A stretch of DNA of 64,000 nt from a virus (lineage: Duplodnaviria > Caudoviricetes), in the IMG/VR virus record IMGVR_UViG_3300011429_000087, positions 100,552-164,551 of that record; one strand, given 5' to 3'. The first letter of the stretch is position 1; every line of letters starts with the position of its first letter. A program made the translations under genes and the position numbers. Shown piece after piece: positions 30,646 to 40,449 of this stretch. Under the pieces are notes generated by a model. The model saw only the letters and a list, made by a program, of their open reading frames with translations, was not told the DNA's origin and searched no databases.

Positions 30646-30722
30646 TGGTAGGCCACCAAGGACTCGAACCTTGCTATGACACCTTATAAGAGTGCTATCG
30701 TCTACCCGACGATTCGTGGCCC
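30646..30722 (-). tRNA. tRNA-Ile(TAT)
   Basis: GCACT-CTTATAA-GGTGT, A73, CCA; G at position 8. Confidence 0.85.
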
Positions 30723-31129
30723 GCTGTGCGAAGCACATTATACTCTCTTTTTCCGCCATGTCAATATAGTTTTTAGTCTATGAAGCAAAAAGTTCCGACC
30801 ACCGCCGAACCGGAAACATCGCTTGCAGCTTGCGTCGTGTTTACGTACAACTACAGCAGCTTCATTACACGTATCACATGGCGTTTCATCAGCATCTAAA
30901 AGGGCTTTAAATTTCCTTAGGCTTTGACGTATTTCCCTTTCGTGGTCATCTGTTTCGAAAAAAGCGGGCCAACCAGTCCTATTAACAAGAATATTAAAAG
31001 CTTCATCGTCTGATAATGCGGGGAAGAATTCTTTAACGATTTCTACTGACATTATTTTATCTCCATAATCAATAGACAGATTAACACTATTAAGAAAAGA
31101 AAGAACGCTATTTGTTTCTTATTCATAAA

Positions 31130-31203
31130 TGGTTCCCAGGGCTGGAATCGGACCAACACCAACTGATTCAGAATCAGGTATACTACCATTATACGACCCG
31201 GGA
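31130..31203 (-). tRNA. tRNA-Gln(CTG)
   Basis: Loop TTCTGAA, U1-A72, CCA. Confidence 0.85.
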
Positions 31204-31205
31204 AT

Positions 31206-31275
31206 TGGTCTGCCTAGATGGAACCGTCTTCTGTGTATCAGACAGATGCACTTATACCATTATACTACAGGCAGA
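31206..31275 (-). tRNA. tRNA-Ile(GAT)-like with truncated variable/T arm
   Basis: TCTGT-CTGATAC-ACAGA; T region reduced to AGACGGTTCCATCT; CCA. Confidence 0.6.
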
Positions 31276-31276
31276 A

Positions 31277-31347
31277 TTCCGAGACTAGGACTCGAACCTA
31301 GATAGGCGACTTCAAGGGCCGCCGTCCTACCGTTAGACGATCTCGGA
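31277..31347 (-). tRNA. tRNA-Gln(TTG), C33 variant
   Basis: GCGGC-CCTTGAA-GTCGC. Confidence 0.85.
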
Positions 31348-32099
31348 TCAGTTTTCTCAATCTTTATCTTCTAGTAAAACACTAGGCTTATACTTTGCTA
31401 AAAGCCTTTGAAGCTCTCGACGTTCTTCCATTGTCTTATCCGCTTTAACCTTTTCACGGGCCTGTTTAGCACGAAACGACGCATTCTTCCTACGAAACAG
31501 TCGCCTCTCCATCTCCTTATCTGTTTCATCTCTAAAAGAGATGACATAGATAGTGTCTGCGTCTTCGCAATGATTCACTACCTTTATAATTGCGTCGTCG
31601 TATTGCGGACCAGCGAAGTCATCCAAGATGTATTTAAGATTTGCGATATACGCTCTAAGGGGCATTTTGTCATAAGCAATACCAGAGATATCTAGAGGCT
31701 CGCTGTTATCTCTAATTCTTTTTCTTTTAGCCATAATATATTTGTTCCTTCGGCCAACCAATAGTTTTCTGATGAGCTATAAATCCCTCTGAACTGTTGA
31801 ATCTGTGAGTAACGGTCCAGTAGCTATTTTTATTAACATCGTCCATTCTACAAATCACAACCGGGCCATGACCGTATTGACTGGCGGTAATGTCTATCGC
31901 CAAACCGTCATACTCTAGGAATGCGTGTTCGTTGTTGCAGACAATTGTTGCATAAATACCAATCTGTTTTAGGGCGTTATACAGCATTACCGAAGCAATC
32001 CCGCACATGCCACATAAATCCTCGTAAGGCCAACGCTCCTCGGCCCACTTACGGATCTTTTTAGCAACCCTTTCAATCTTGTTCACGGCGTAAGTCACG

Positions 32100-32498
32100 T
32101 TAATCCCACAAGTTTCCAAAATATTCGCAAAAGAGCTTCATGCCTTCTTTATGGTGTTTGTTGGCAGCTTCGTAGGCTTCTTTTCCTTCTAGGATCGTCT
32201 CATCCATATTAATAACAGCTTCGAAGGAAATTATCATTTTATCAAGAATCTCGTCCCATCTCTTTTCGCCAATCTTGCCGTCACCATCTACATGAAGTTC
32301 GCTTGGATAGCCGTGGCATATTTCTTTAAACCTTTTAAGTCTTGGGAGGATAAACTTGGCAATTGTATGGTCAAGATTCCAAAGTTCACTATCATCAAAT
32401 CCACGGCGACGACGCTGCCACCACCACTTAATCCTATTGGTTACGTGGTATGGTCGAATTCCAATCACTTTATGATAATAGTAGTAAAGACTTTCCAT
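32100..32498 (-). CDS. Conserved phage hypothetical protein
   Basis: RRGFDDSELWNLD..A.FILPRL..GYP..LF.EYF.NLWD. Confidence 0.6.
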   Translation of the reverse strand: MESLYYYYHKVIGIRPYHVTNRIKWWWQRRRRGFDDSELWNLDHTIAKFILPRLKRFKEICHGYPSELHVDGDGKIGEKRWDEILDKMIISFEAVINMDETILEGKEAYEAANKHHKEGMKLFCEYFGNLWD

Positions 32499-32528
32499 GT
32501 TTCACCGCATTTGATGTTCCTGCAAGAA

Positions 32529-32614
32529 TGGTGGTACGGGAAGGATTTGAACCTTCGAACCGACTAGGGACCAGATTTACAGTCTGGCGGTATTAGCCAC
32601 TCACCCATCGTACC
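32529..32614 (-). tRNA. tRNA-Tyr(GTA)
   Basis: CCAGA-CTGTAAA-TCTGG, long variable arm, CCA. Confidence 0.9.
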
Positions 32615-32883
32615 ACGTTAGTATTCGGCATTCTTTATACTTTTAATGACTGCCGTTTCCTGACGACCAATCCACTTCTTGGCAGCGTCGGCAGTCTTCC
32701 ATCTAAGATTCTCCAGAGAAAATTCATCAATAATATCTCCGTCACTTTCCTTCACTGTCCAGAGAATCTTATTATCCTCTAGAACCTGCGTTACTCTCCA
32801 TTGCAAGTGCGATCCGTCATCGTGATAGACAGACGAAGCACTGTAGATAGTATTATCGTTGTCATCAAAGTCTTTGTACCATC

Positions 32884-33225
32884 TCATCGCAAATACTCAT
32901 TTTCTAGATCGTCGGCAATCTCTTTAAAAGACTTGCCACCATCATTCATGTTGGCTAATTTACCTATATTGACATCTTCACCTAACCAACGTTCAACGGG
33001 AGGTGGCGGCATAGACATCGCTCGATTAAAAGTAACATGATTACCACAGTCTTTCTCGACATTAATTTGTACCCCATCCTTAATAGCTAACCGGCAGGCT
33101 ACGCCAAGACAACAATGAAAAGTTTGATTGCCCCTAACCACGCATAGCATTCCTTGTATCTGATGGTATTTACCGCCCCGCAGTGCGTCAACTAGCTTAC
33201 GAACATTCTTCTGATTTACAATCAT
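32884..33225 (-). CDS. Phage hypothetical protein, paralogue of 46940..47299
   Basis: ALR.GKYHQ..G.LC..HCCLGV.C..MND..F..IAD. Confidence 0.65.
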   Translation of the reverse strand: MIVNQKNVRKLVDALRGGKYHQIQGMLCVVRGNQTFHCCLGVACRLAIKDGVQINVEKDCGNHVTFNRAMSMPPPPVERWLGEDVNIGKLANMNDGGKSFKEIADDLENEYLR

Positions 33226-33648
33226 GGATTATTTCCAAATTTAGCCTTAAGCCGTTCGAACATTTTACGGTCGTGTTCAAGCGTCGCAGCTTCATTCCTT
33301 AACTTTTCAGCAGCAGCCTCTTCCGTCTTCCTTTTAGTTTCTTCCGCCTTCTTCTTTTGAATCAATTCAATCATTATCTTTATAGGATCTGGCTCTAGTA
33401 ATATTTCTAGTGGAATACGAATAGTGTCCCAGTATTCATCCGAACAACAATTACATGAACGCTCATAAATACGGATGTTGATACCACTTTGATCGTGGTC
33501 AATATCTTGAATACTAAGACGTTTATTATCTGTAATCTCTTTAACTTCTATCAGTTTTGTGGCAAGATTATAAATCTCTTCTTTGATATCAAAACTTTTC
33601 AGGTATTCTTCTTTAGTGAACATGATGCTTTACATCCTTTATTGTTAA

Positions 33649-33735
33649 TGGTGCCCAAGGAGGGACTTGCACCCTCACGCCATTTCTGGCACGGGATTTT
33701 GAATCCCGCTCGGCTGCTAATTACGACACTTGGGC
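33649..33735 (-). tRNA. tRNA-Leu(CAA)
   Basis: CGGGA-TTCAAAA-TCCCG, variable arm, CCA. Confidence 0.9.
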
Positions 33736-33794
33736 CTTTTGAATAGATAGAGCAAGCCACAAAGGAATTTCAGCACTTAGCCGACGCCCATCAG

Positions 33795-33822
33795 AGTATA
33801 CTCTTAAAAATCTCTTTGTCAA
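33795..33822 (-). promoter_or_regulatory. sigma70-type promoter TTGACA-N16-TATACT
   Basis: Direct match upstream of tRNA-Leu. Confidence 0.75.
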
Positions 33823-33832
33823 GGACGAAAAA

Positions 33833-33918
33833 TGGTGCCGTGGGTAGGATTTTACCTACATGGTAAGCAAGCTTACCGGCGAGTTCAACCCCGCTGCGTC
33901 TAATTCCGCCACCACGGC
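33833..33918 (-). ncRNA. Leu-type tRNA-like RNA with 6-nt anticodon loop and 6-nt T loop
   Basis: Perfect acceptor GCCGTGG/CCACGGC+ACCA; loop GTTGAA; T loop TAAAAT. Confidence 0.7.
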
Positions 33919-34534
33919 GAATCTATTTTAGCTTTACTCTCTGAGTAAGTCAATCGGGAAAAAAAGTCGTCGCTCACGCCATGCTATATTCCCGTCAGCC
34001 CCTTCGTTCCAACTATTGGGGACAACGTCCAGATATTTAATCTTAATGAAGTCATAAGAGTAATCTAGAATCTCTACCTCAAAAATCTTACGTGGATCTA
34101 GATATGCACCACCTATTAGGGCATCCGCACTACTGTAAATCTGTACTTTTGATCCTGTCGGATATTTGTTTTCCAATAATTCTCTTGAAAATGATTCTGG
34201 TGCAGACCTGACAGTGTGCGTGATATCACAGGCCACTAAACATACTAGAAGGAGCGATAGTAATGTTTTCATTAATTATTCCTAATTTGTAGTAATTGAA
34301 CAGCTTTACCATCAATATTAACTATAACATATTGTTGGTTAGTAACTTTATCCGTAATCAAAATAGTTTTTGCATCGGCAGTAGCAGTATTATGTTTTTC
34401 AATCACCACTGTAAATCTTTGATTCTCTGGATTGTTTGCTTTTATGGCGTTTATTAAACAATCTCCGCACGATACACATACAAACAACACGAATAACATA
34501 AGTTTTTTCATATACTTTTCTCCATAAATTAAAA

Positions 34535-34619
34535 TGGTCCCCAAGAGAGGATTCGAACCTGCACGCCCTTACGGGCAATAGCTTCTAAGGCTATCGCGGC
34601 TGCATTACGCCACTCCGGG
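34535..34619 (-). tRNA. tRNA-Leu(TAG)
   Basis: ATAGC-CTTAGAA-GCTAT, variable arm, CCA. Confidence 0.9.
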
Positions 34620-34645
34620 ATATGTTACTCCATAACTAAAAGAAA

Positions 34646-34721
34646 TGGCGGGCCGGTCAGGAGTCGAACCTAAACGAATCGTTTTGGAGACGATTATGCT
34701 ATCCAGTTACATCACCGACCC
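34646..34721 (-). tRNA. tRNA-Trp(CCA)
   Basis: ATCGT-CTCCAAA-ACGAT, G73, CCA. Confidence 0.9.
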
Positions 34722-34723
34722 AT

Positions 34724-34797
34724 TGGCTGGCACCCTTGGAATCGAACCAAGATGACCAAATTAACGGTTTGGCATAATACCATTATATGAGACGCCA
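34724..34797 (-). tRNA. tRNA-Asn(GTT), C33 variant
   Basis: CCAAA-CCGTTAA-TTTGG, G73, CCA. Confidence 0.85.
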
Positions 34798-35565
34798 AAA
34801 AGTTGAAGCCTCTTAGAAAGCCCCCTTTTCCACACTATTTCGGATCTTGCAAAACATATCGAGATACTGATCCACATGATCTGAATCGAAACAGTTAGGA
34901 TCTTGTCTCCAGCACCAGTTTGGAATAGTCTGTGGAATACGCCAACTATCACACAATAGGAGACGATTCAGTGTTGGAACAACCTGTGAAAGTTCAAGGA
35001 TACCAGCAATCATAAGGTCGGGCGTATCCTTTATGTCCCGGTGATAACTAACAGTGAAAACATTCTTATTGTCCGTCACAGCTTGCTCAAGACGCTCTGT
35101 CGCAATCAGCCGCCCAATCTTTCGAGAGGGCGAACTTTCCTCGGCTGACGCCCGTGAGATCCCGAAAGCAAGGTGTGGCACGTTTAGAGTCTGATCGCCA
35201 GCGGCCGGTCGGCCGACGATTCGACAAACGAGCGTAGCGAGGATGCGATTGCGATTACGTGTGCGAATGAAATAGGCACGAGTAGCATTCATTTTAAACT
35301 TCTCCATTTAATGGAAAACTTGTTTTGGGTTTTGCATTTAGGACAAACATACGATGGGTCGTCCTGTCCCTCTTTAATCTTCGCTAAGAATTCCTTTTCG
35401 CAGCGACCACACCATAACACTGTGACGCCGCGAACTAATTCAATCCTCATATCTTTATAGAACGGGTAAGTTGTCATTATTATGCCTTAAAATATTATTT
35501 TGTTTCGTGTCGAATTCACTTTTAGCGTATTTCATCTTATACAGGGTCAGATGGTTTCGTATTAA

Positions 35566-35640
35566 TGGAGCCTCTGGCCTAGAATCGAACTGGCGTCCCA
35601 ACTTTACAGGAGTTGAATATTACCACTATACTACAGAGGC
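35566..35640 (-). tRNA. tRNA-Thr(TGT), C33 variant
   Basis: CAACT-CCTGTAA-AGTTG, CCA. Confidence 0.85.
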
Positions 35641-36323
35641 AGTGTGCGTGTTGTCATAAAGATACTACAAATTTCAAATTTTGCAGTTTATCGTGTGCCG
35701 TTACATTTAATAATAAATTTTATCCTAATAAAAGAAAACCGTGTTGGACAGATAATGCTCTAATAGAAGCTATTAAAAATTCCAAATCTTTCCTTCAAGT
35801 ATGTCAAAAACTATATCCTAAGCCAGGAGGTAGAAATTATAAAACTATTCAACGTCATATTAAAAGACTAAACTTAGATATATCTCATTTTAATGAGTGT
35901 GTTCAAAAGATACCATTTTATTGTATTTATTGTGCAAAAGAATTAAATCGTAAAAAACGACAAAATCTTTATTGTTCTTTTTCTTGTCAACATCAATTTC
36001 AAAGAAGTGAATACATTAAGCGGTGGTTAGTCGGTCAAGAAACCGGCGGTACTCATCAAGTGTCACATCATATTCGTCGTTGGCTTTTTGAGCAACGTGG
36101 AGAACAATGCTGGCAATGCGGCTGGAATAAGAAACATGCGTCCGATGGTAGATGTCCGTTAGAAGTTGACCATATTGATGGTCACTACGCCAACAACCGA
36201 CCAGAAAACTTACGTCTTTTGTGTCCAAATTGTCACAGTTTAACTTCTACTTATAGGGCTCGTAACAAAGGTAATGGTCGTCATGTTCGCCGTCAACGTT
36301 ACGCTAATGGACAATCGTTTTGA
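35613..36323 (+). CDS. HNH endonuclease with Zn fingers, antisense to the tRNA array (true start probably just after the tRNA)
   Basis: CWQCGW..LEVDHIDG..NN..ENLRLLCPNCH. Confidence 0.9.
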   Translation: MNITTILQRQCACCHKDTTNFKFCSLSCAVTFNNKFYPNKRKPCWTDNALIEAIKNSKSFLQVCQKLYPKPGGRNYKTIQRHIKRLNLDISHFNECVQKIPFYCIYCAKELNRKKRQNLYCSFSCQHQFQRSEYIKRWLVGQETGGTHQVSHHIRRWLFEQRGEQCWQCGWNKKHASDGRCPLEVDHIDGHYANNRPENLRLLCPNCHSLTSTYRARNKGNGRHVRRQRYANGQSF

Positions 36324-36324
36324 A

Positions 36325-36401
36325 TGGTATTCCGGTAAGGACTCGAACCCTCAACCTTGGAGTTAGAAACTCCACGCTCTGGCCCGTTGAGCTACCGGAA
36401 C
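36325..36401 (-). tRNA. tRNA-Arg(TCT)
   Basis: TGGAG-TTTCTAA-CTCCA, CCA. Confidence 0.9.
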
Positions 36402-36406
36402 ATACT

Positions 36407-36943
36407 TTATTTCTTAAAAGCCTCTGCAAAGATATCTGCATCTTCCTGTAAAAAGAAGATAAAGGAGATTTGAAGATTATTGGTCTTGATAATTTCCTCA
36501 AGAGTATCTAGTGCGATCCGCACCTGATCTGCGGCGACTCGTTTAGGGAAACCATAAGCTCCCGTAGAAATCGCCGGAAAAACAAGTGTCTTACAGTTAT
36601 TGAGAATTGCTTTAAAAATGCTAGAGGAGTAAGCGTTACGAAGCAATAGATTTGCGTCTTGTTTGTCCTCATACTCGTCCCAAATTGGACCTACCGCGTG
36701 GATAATAAAAGACGCCGGAAGTCCGTGGCCCCGAGTAATCACGCACTCGCCCACATTACATCCATAAGCGTGTTCTGCCGTATCTCGCAGTCGTTCACAT
36801 TCTTCTAGAAGTCCTGGGCCAGCAGCTTGGTGAATAGCTCCGTTAACACCTCCACCACCTAAGACAGAAGAGTTGGCAGCATTTACGATGGCATCAACCT
36901 TGCACTTCGTGATGTCACCGACACGAATGTCTGGCTTAAACAT
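36407..36943 (-). CDS. Macrodomain protein (YmdB/MacroD-like ADP-ribose hydrolase)
   Basis: GDIT..DAIVNAAN..LGGGGV.GAIH.AAG, IIHAVGP, FPAISTGAYGFP. Confidence 0.95.
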   Translation of the reverse strand: MFKPDIRVGDITKCKVDAIVNAANSSVLGGGGVNGAIHQAAGPGLLEECERLRDTAEHAYGCNVGECVITRGHGLPASFIIHAVGPIWDEYEDKQDANLLLRNAYSSSIFKAILNNCKTLVFPAISTGAYGFPKRVAADQVRIALDTLEEIIKTNNLQISFIFFLQEDADIFAEAFKK

Positions 36944-37040
36944 TAACTAAATCCTTCCTGATAAACTCTTTATGCTGCTTTTCAGTCATTTTCTTGGTGC
37001 GTGACATATTTATACCTTAAAAATCCTTCGTGACGCCCCT

Positions 37041-37068
37041 ATTATACTCTACTTTCGCCGGGAGTCAA
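37041..37068 (-). promoter_or_regulatory. sigma70-type promoter TTGACT-N16-TATAAT
   Basis: Direct match. Confidence 0.75.
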
Positions 37069-39251
37069 GCGGGCAAATCTTTTTTATCGCGAAAAACGAT
37101 TCCGACCGGGAAACGTGGCAGATCGTCGTCGGTAAGATCAAAGTGTCTCACTGTCAATTGTCTTCCAATAAAGGACTTACGATTCTTAAACATCGCTTCT
37201 CGTTCTTCCATTGAAACTTTCATACTACATTCGAAAGTCTGCTCTGAGGTATTATTCTTACAAACCCATACAACTTTTCCAGCCATTTTACCTCTACCGT
37301 CGCGAGCGTCAGTAACTAAAAACTCTGAATCTTGGAATTTCTTAACCTTTAAAAGTTCTCTAGAGCGATAACCCCATAAGTATTTCCCCTCATGAAGTCG
37401 AATAATAGCCCCCTCATATCCTTCCTGAACAAAGACGTCATGAACGTCCCACATTTCTTTTTCAGAGGTAACATCTATAGTTGGGACTATCTTAATAAGA
37501 CCGCCAGTCCAGGCGGCTCGTTCGTATCCTTTTAAAAGCTTACGACGATTTTCCCAGTTGAGATCGTCAAATCCTGTCGACACTGGAATATCGTAGATGT
37601 GGTACTCGATCGTTTCGCTTTCAGGCTTAAATGACTTGCCCTTGGGGTCAGCAGACTTGGTGAGGGACGTAATTCTCTGGCAGGATTCGCCATGAATATA
37701 AAGTTCTCCATCTAATACACTATCCTTTGGGAGCCAATCTAAAGATGCCACAATATGTGGTATGTTCCAAGGCTTTCCTCCTCTGGAAGTGAGAGAGATT
37801 TCGTCTCCGTCCCAAGAGGCTAAAGCACGACAGTTATGAACAACGGTATTATTGGCAACATAATTATGATTTTTTTCTACTTCGATGTCATATTTCGTTG
37901 CTTTTGGCATTCTATGTGAACGCCTTACCTTAAAATCTATCCACTTAAACTCATCTTTTGCTTTATTGATATAATTATTCGTACTAAAATAGAACTTATA
38001 TTCTGCTCCATGACATTGCTTATTACGTAACTTATTTAAAATAAACAGAGTATCTTTTGTATCAAATGTTAAAAACTGTCCCGAGCACTTACTATTATTA
38101 ACTCTTTTATCAGTATAGATATTTGGTATACAGTTCCATACTATGTCAAAGTATTTTACAAACTCTTGGATCTGTTCTTTAGAATGTCCATGCGTACTGA
38201 TCGACAAGATCGGCGTGTCCCGGTTATTATTATTGTATGACAAACTACCGTCGTCACCAATCCATAATGATATGGCTTCTGGTGTTAGAAGCTTTTTCAA
38301 AGTCTTATATAAAACAAGTTTTCTTTTACCACACAAATCCGAATGTCCGGTAAAGTACCATAGTTTTATAGGAAAATTAGAATTTGTTAATGCGTCAGAT
38401 ACAAAACGAAAGCCTTGACTACCATACTCCGTGATAATTTCTGATACATTTCCTTTAATGTCTAAAGTCGTAATTTTGAAATTAAAATATGCCTTATTTG
38501 TATGTTGAAATACTACTCTATATGATTGTCCAGTCCCACGTTTTTCTATTACTATCATACTATCGCCAAGCAGCGTTCCAGCTATCAGGCTATTAAGATA
38601 GTCTGAATGTGTTTTAGTCTGAATCTTATCTTTCCCAGGTGCTAAATCTATAGCCTTTTTCCAGCCATTTTGTGTGAAAAATTTATGATCGCTTGTACAT
38701 TTAATATGTTTGCCATAAACTGGCACGATCTCTAACCATTCCTTATAATCTAATTCTCCATTATTAAACCAATTAATAACTGGCTGATATTCAAATATAC
38801 CACTTTGTTCATTAAGTGACAAAACATTTACTGGGAGTTTATTTTCAACAATTTCTTCTATTGTTAATTTTCCTTTATCGGTATCTATTAAAGTATTACG
38901 AAATAAACATCCATCTAATTTTGGCTGCACTGACGCGGGAAATTTAACCTTTCCGGGTTTAAAGTCATGTGCAAGCATAGGAAGATATAGGGACTCTTTG
39001 GCCCCTTCTGGCGTCTCAGAATACTTCCTTTCAACCTTATAAGTCCAAAGCGACTTGGCTTCTAACTTAGCCTGTTCCTCTGGAGAAGTCTCATTGCTAC
39101 GCCCAACGTTCTTACCTTCGGCAGTTTTACGTGATATTTGCATGACACCATGTACTTGCCCGTATTCGGTCACAATAACCGGACCTTCTGTCCAGACGGT
39201 CCACTGTCTGAGATCGCCGGACTTGGCTTTATGATATAATGTCGGCAACAT
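37065..39251 (-). CDS. ATP-dependent DNA ligase interrupted by an intein
   Basis: PMLA, QPKLDG|CR, LDGELY, YEGAIIR, LLKVK, PRFPV. Confidence 0.9.
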   Translation of the reverse strand: MLPTLYHKAKSGDLRQWTVWTEGPVIVTEYGQVHGVMQISRKTAEGKNVGRSNETSPEEQAKLEAKSLWTYKVERKYSETPEGAKESLYLPMLAHDFKPGKVKFPASVQPKLDGCLFRNTLIDTDKGKLTIEEIVENKLPVNVLSLNEQSGIFEYQPVINWFNNGELDYKEWLEIVPVYGKHIKCTSDHKFFTQNGWKKAIDLAPGKDKIQTKTHSDYLNSLIAGTLLGDSMIVIEKRGTGQSYRVVFQHTNKAYFNFKITTLDIKGNVSEIITEYGSQGFRFVSDALTNSNFPIKLWYFTGHSDLCGKRKLVLYKTLKKLLTPEAISLWIGDDGSLSYNNNNRDTPILSISTHGHSKEQIQEFVKYFDIVWNCIPNIYTDKRVNNSKCSGQFLTFDTKDTLFILNKLRNKQCHGAEYKFYFSTNNYINKAKDEFKWIDFKVRRSHRMPKATKYDIEVEKNHNYVANNTVVHNCRALASWDGDEISLTSRGGKPWNIPHIVASLDWLPKDSVLDGELYIHGESCQRITSLTKSADPKGKSFKPESETIEYHIYDIPVSTGFDDLNWENRRKLLKGYERAAWTGGLIKIVPTIDVTSEKEMWDVHDVFVQEGYEGAIIRLHEGKYLWGYRSRELLKVKKFQDSEFLVTDARDGRGKMAGKVVWVCKNNTSEQTFECSMKVSMEEREAMFKNRKSFIGRQLTVRHFDLTDDDLPRFPVGIVFRDKKDLPA
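37833..38909 (-). mobile_element. Intein (359 aa) with LAGLIDADG homing endonuclease
   Basis: Starts CLF, block B CTSDHKF, LIAGTLLGDS and WIGDDGS, ends VVHN|C. Confidence 0.9.
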
Positions 39252-39831
39252 ATTTATTTTTCCAAGGATGTTTTGCCATTCTTTCATATTTGCATCGTCT
39301 ACAGTGACGATAGCCATGTTTATCTAACCATGTATTCTTTTCGTCAAATATATGCCCATTATTACAATGAGTTTTTCGTAAATTTTGTGCGGGAGGACTA
39401 TTGCCACGCAAGACATTTTCTGTGTTTGGAACTGGCTCAAGATGTAATATATTAACGCAATTTCTATTTTTACATAAATGGTCTATTACTAACTCTTTTT
39501 TGAGAACGCCATTGAAATATTCCCAAGCATAACGATGTGCTCGGCGTCGTTTATTATTGATAGATATGACGCCATAACCTTCTCTAGAAGTTTTTCCTGT
39601 CCAAATCCAGCATGGCGTTTCATTAAAACTATGTTCTGATATCATGACTCGACGCATGATTTTGTCTATATTACTTTTTACTCTTGGATTTTTTAAGCCA
39701 AGCCGAATAGACGCCTGTTGTACCGAGGAAAGCGAACGATTTAATATCCTGGCTATTTCTGCATGAGTAAATTTTCCACACAGATTTTGTAATATTTCTT
39801 TCTCATCTTCTGACCACTTATTATCACCCAT
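39229..39831 (-). CDS. HNH homing endonuclease with N-terminal HTH
   Basis: CWIW..GYG..AHR..IDHLCKN..CVN..HLEPV. Confidence 0.9.
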   Translation of the reverse strand: MGDNKWSEDEKEILQNLCGKFTHAEIARILNRSLSSVQQASIRLGLKNPRVKSNIDKIMRRVMISEHSFNETPCWIWTGKTSREGYGVISINNKRRRAHRYAWEYFNGVLKKELVIDHLCKNRNCVNILHLEPVPNTENVLRGNSPPAQNLRKTHCNNGHIFDEKNTWLDKHGYRHCRRCKYERMAKHPWKNKYVADIIS

Positions 39832-40069
39832 CTTGACGCTTTCGCTTTCTAGATAAATATAGTGTTGCACCACCAGTTAATAATAAATAAATACTAATGG
39901 GCTCGGGCACTGGAGCCTGAAAGCAATTGCCGCCGTCCCCGCCCTCTATAGGCTCGGTGTGGCCCGGAGCCTCCAAGGCTTGGGGATGAACACGCCCCTC
40001 TTTATAACAGCCCCCCAGGAAAAGAAGTGCTAGAGCAATTCCACTTTTCTGGTATAGTTTATTGTCCAA
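39824..40069 (-). CDS. Mini lipoprotein with C-terminal PEP-CTERM sorting signal
   Basis: AGGAGA SD before TTG; lipobox-like LFLGGC; VPEP + TM + RKRKR. Confidence 0.75.
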   Translation of the reverse strand: MDNKLYQKSGIALALLFLGGCYKEGRVHPQALEAPGHTEPIEGGDGGNCFQAPVPEPISIYLLLTGGATLYLSRKRKRQDG

Positions 40070-40449
40070 GTTCGCGTCTCCTGATCGAATGATGCAATCG
40101 GCTTGTCTGTAATGCCACATTCTAGAAAATAGATATGTCTGCTTTCGTCAATACGACGAACACTGATAATGCAATTATCCCCCTTTTCTCCCGTACATTC
40201 TATCCTATCATTTACTAGGTAGCCTTTGCTACCTAATTCATGATCTCTTAGTTCTGAAATCTGATCTTCTAGTATATTTTCTGAAAAGATATAATGTTGA
40301 GGTTCCTCCACCTGTGGCGGCGGCTCTAGTTTCTGAGTGCCGACTATAGGTTTGACTTCATTCTGCGTGTAGCCGTGTGAAACTAAAAACATCATAGCTG
40401 GAATTACTAGAATTGCAAGTATGAAAAGCGTTCCTCTAACAATACGCAT
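40030..40449 (-). CDS. Membrane-anchored hypothetical protein
   Basis: N-terminal TM segment. Confidence 0.55.
   Translation of the reverse strand: MRIVRGTLFILAILVIPAMMFLVSHGYTQNEVKPIVGTQKLEPPPQVEEPQHYIFSENILEDQISELRDHELGSKGYLVNDRIECTGEKGDNCIISVRRIDESRHIYFLECGITDKPIASFDQETRTWTINYTRKVELL

Noticed and set aside
35566-35640. Reading as tRNA-Tyr (CT-GTA-AA)
   Set aside because: The perfect CAACT/AGTTG stem, short variable loop and G1-C72/C2-G71 fit Thr(TGT). A normal tRNA-Tyr exists at 32529.
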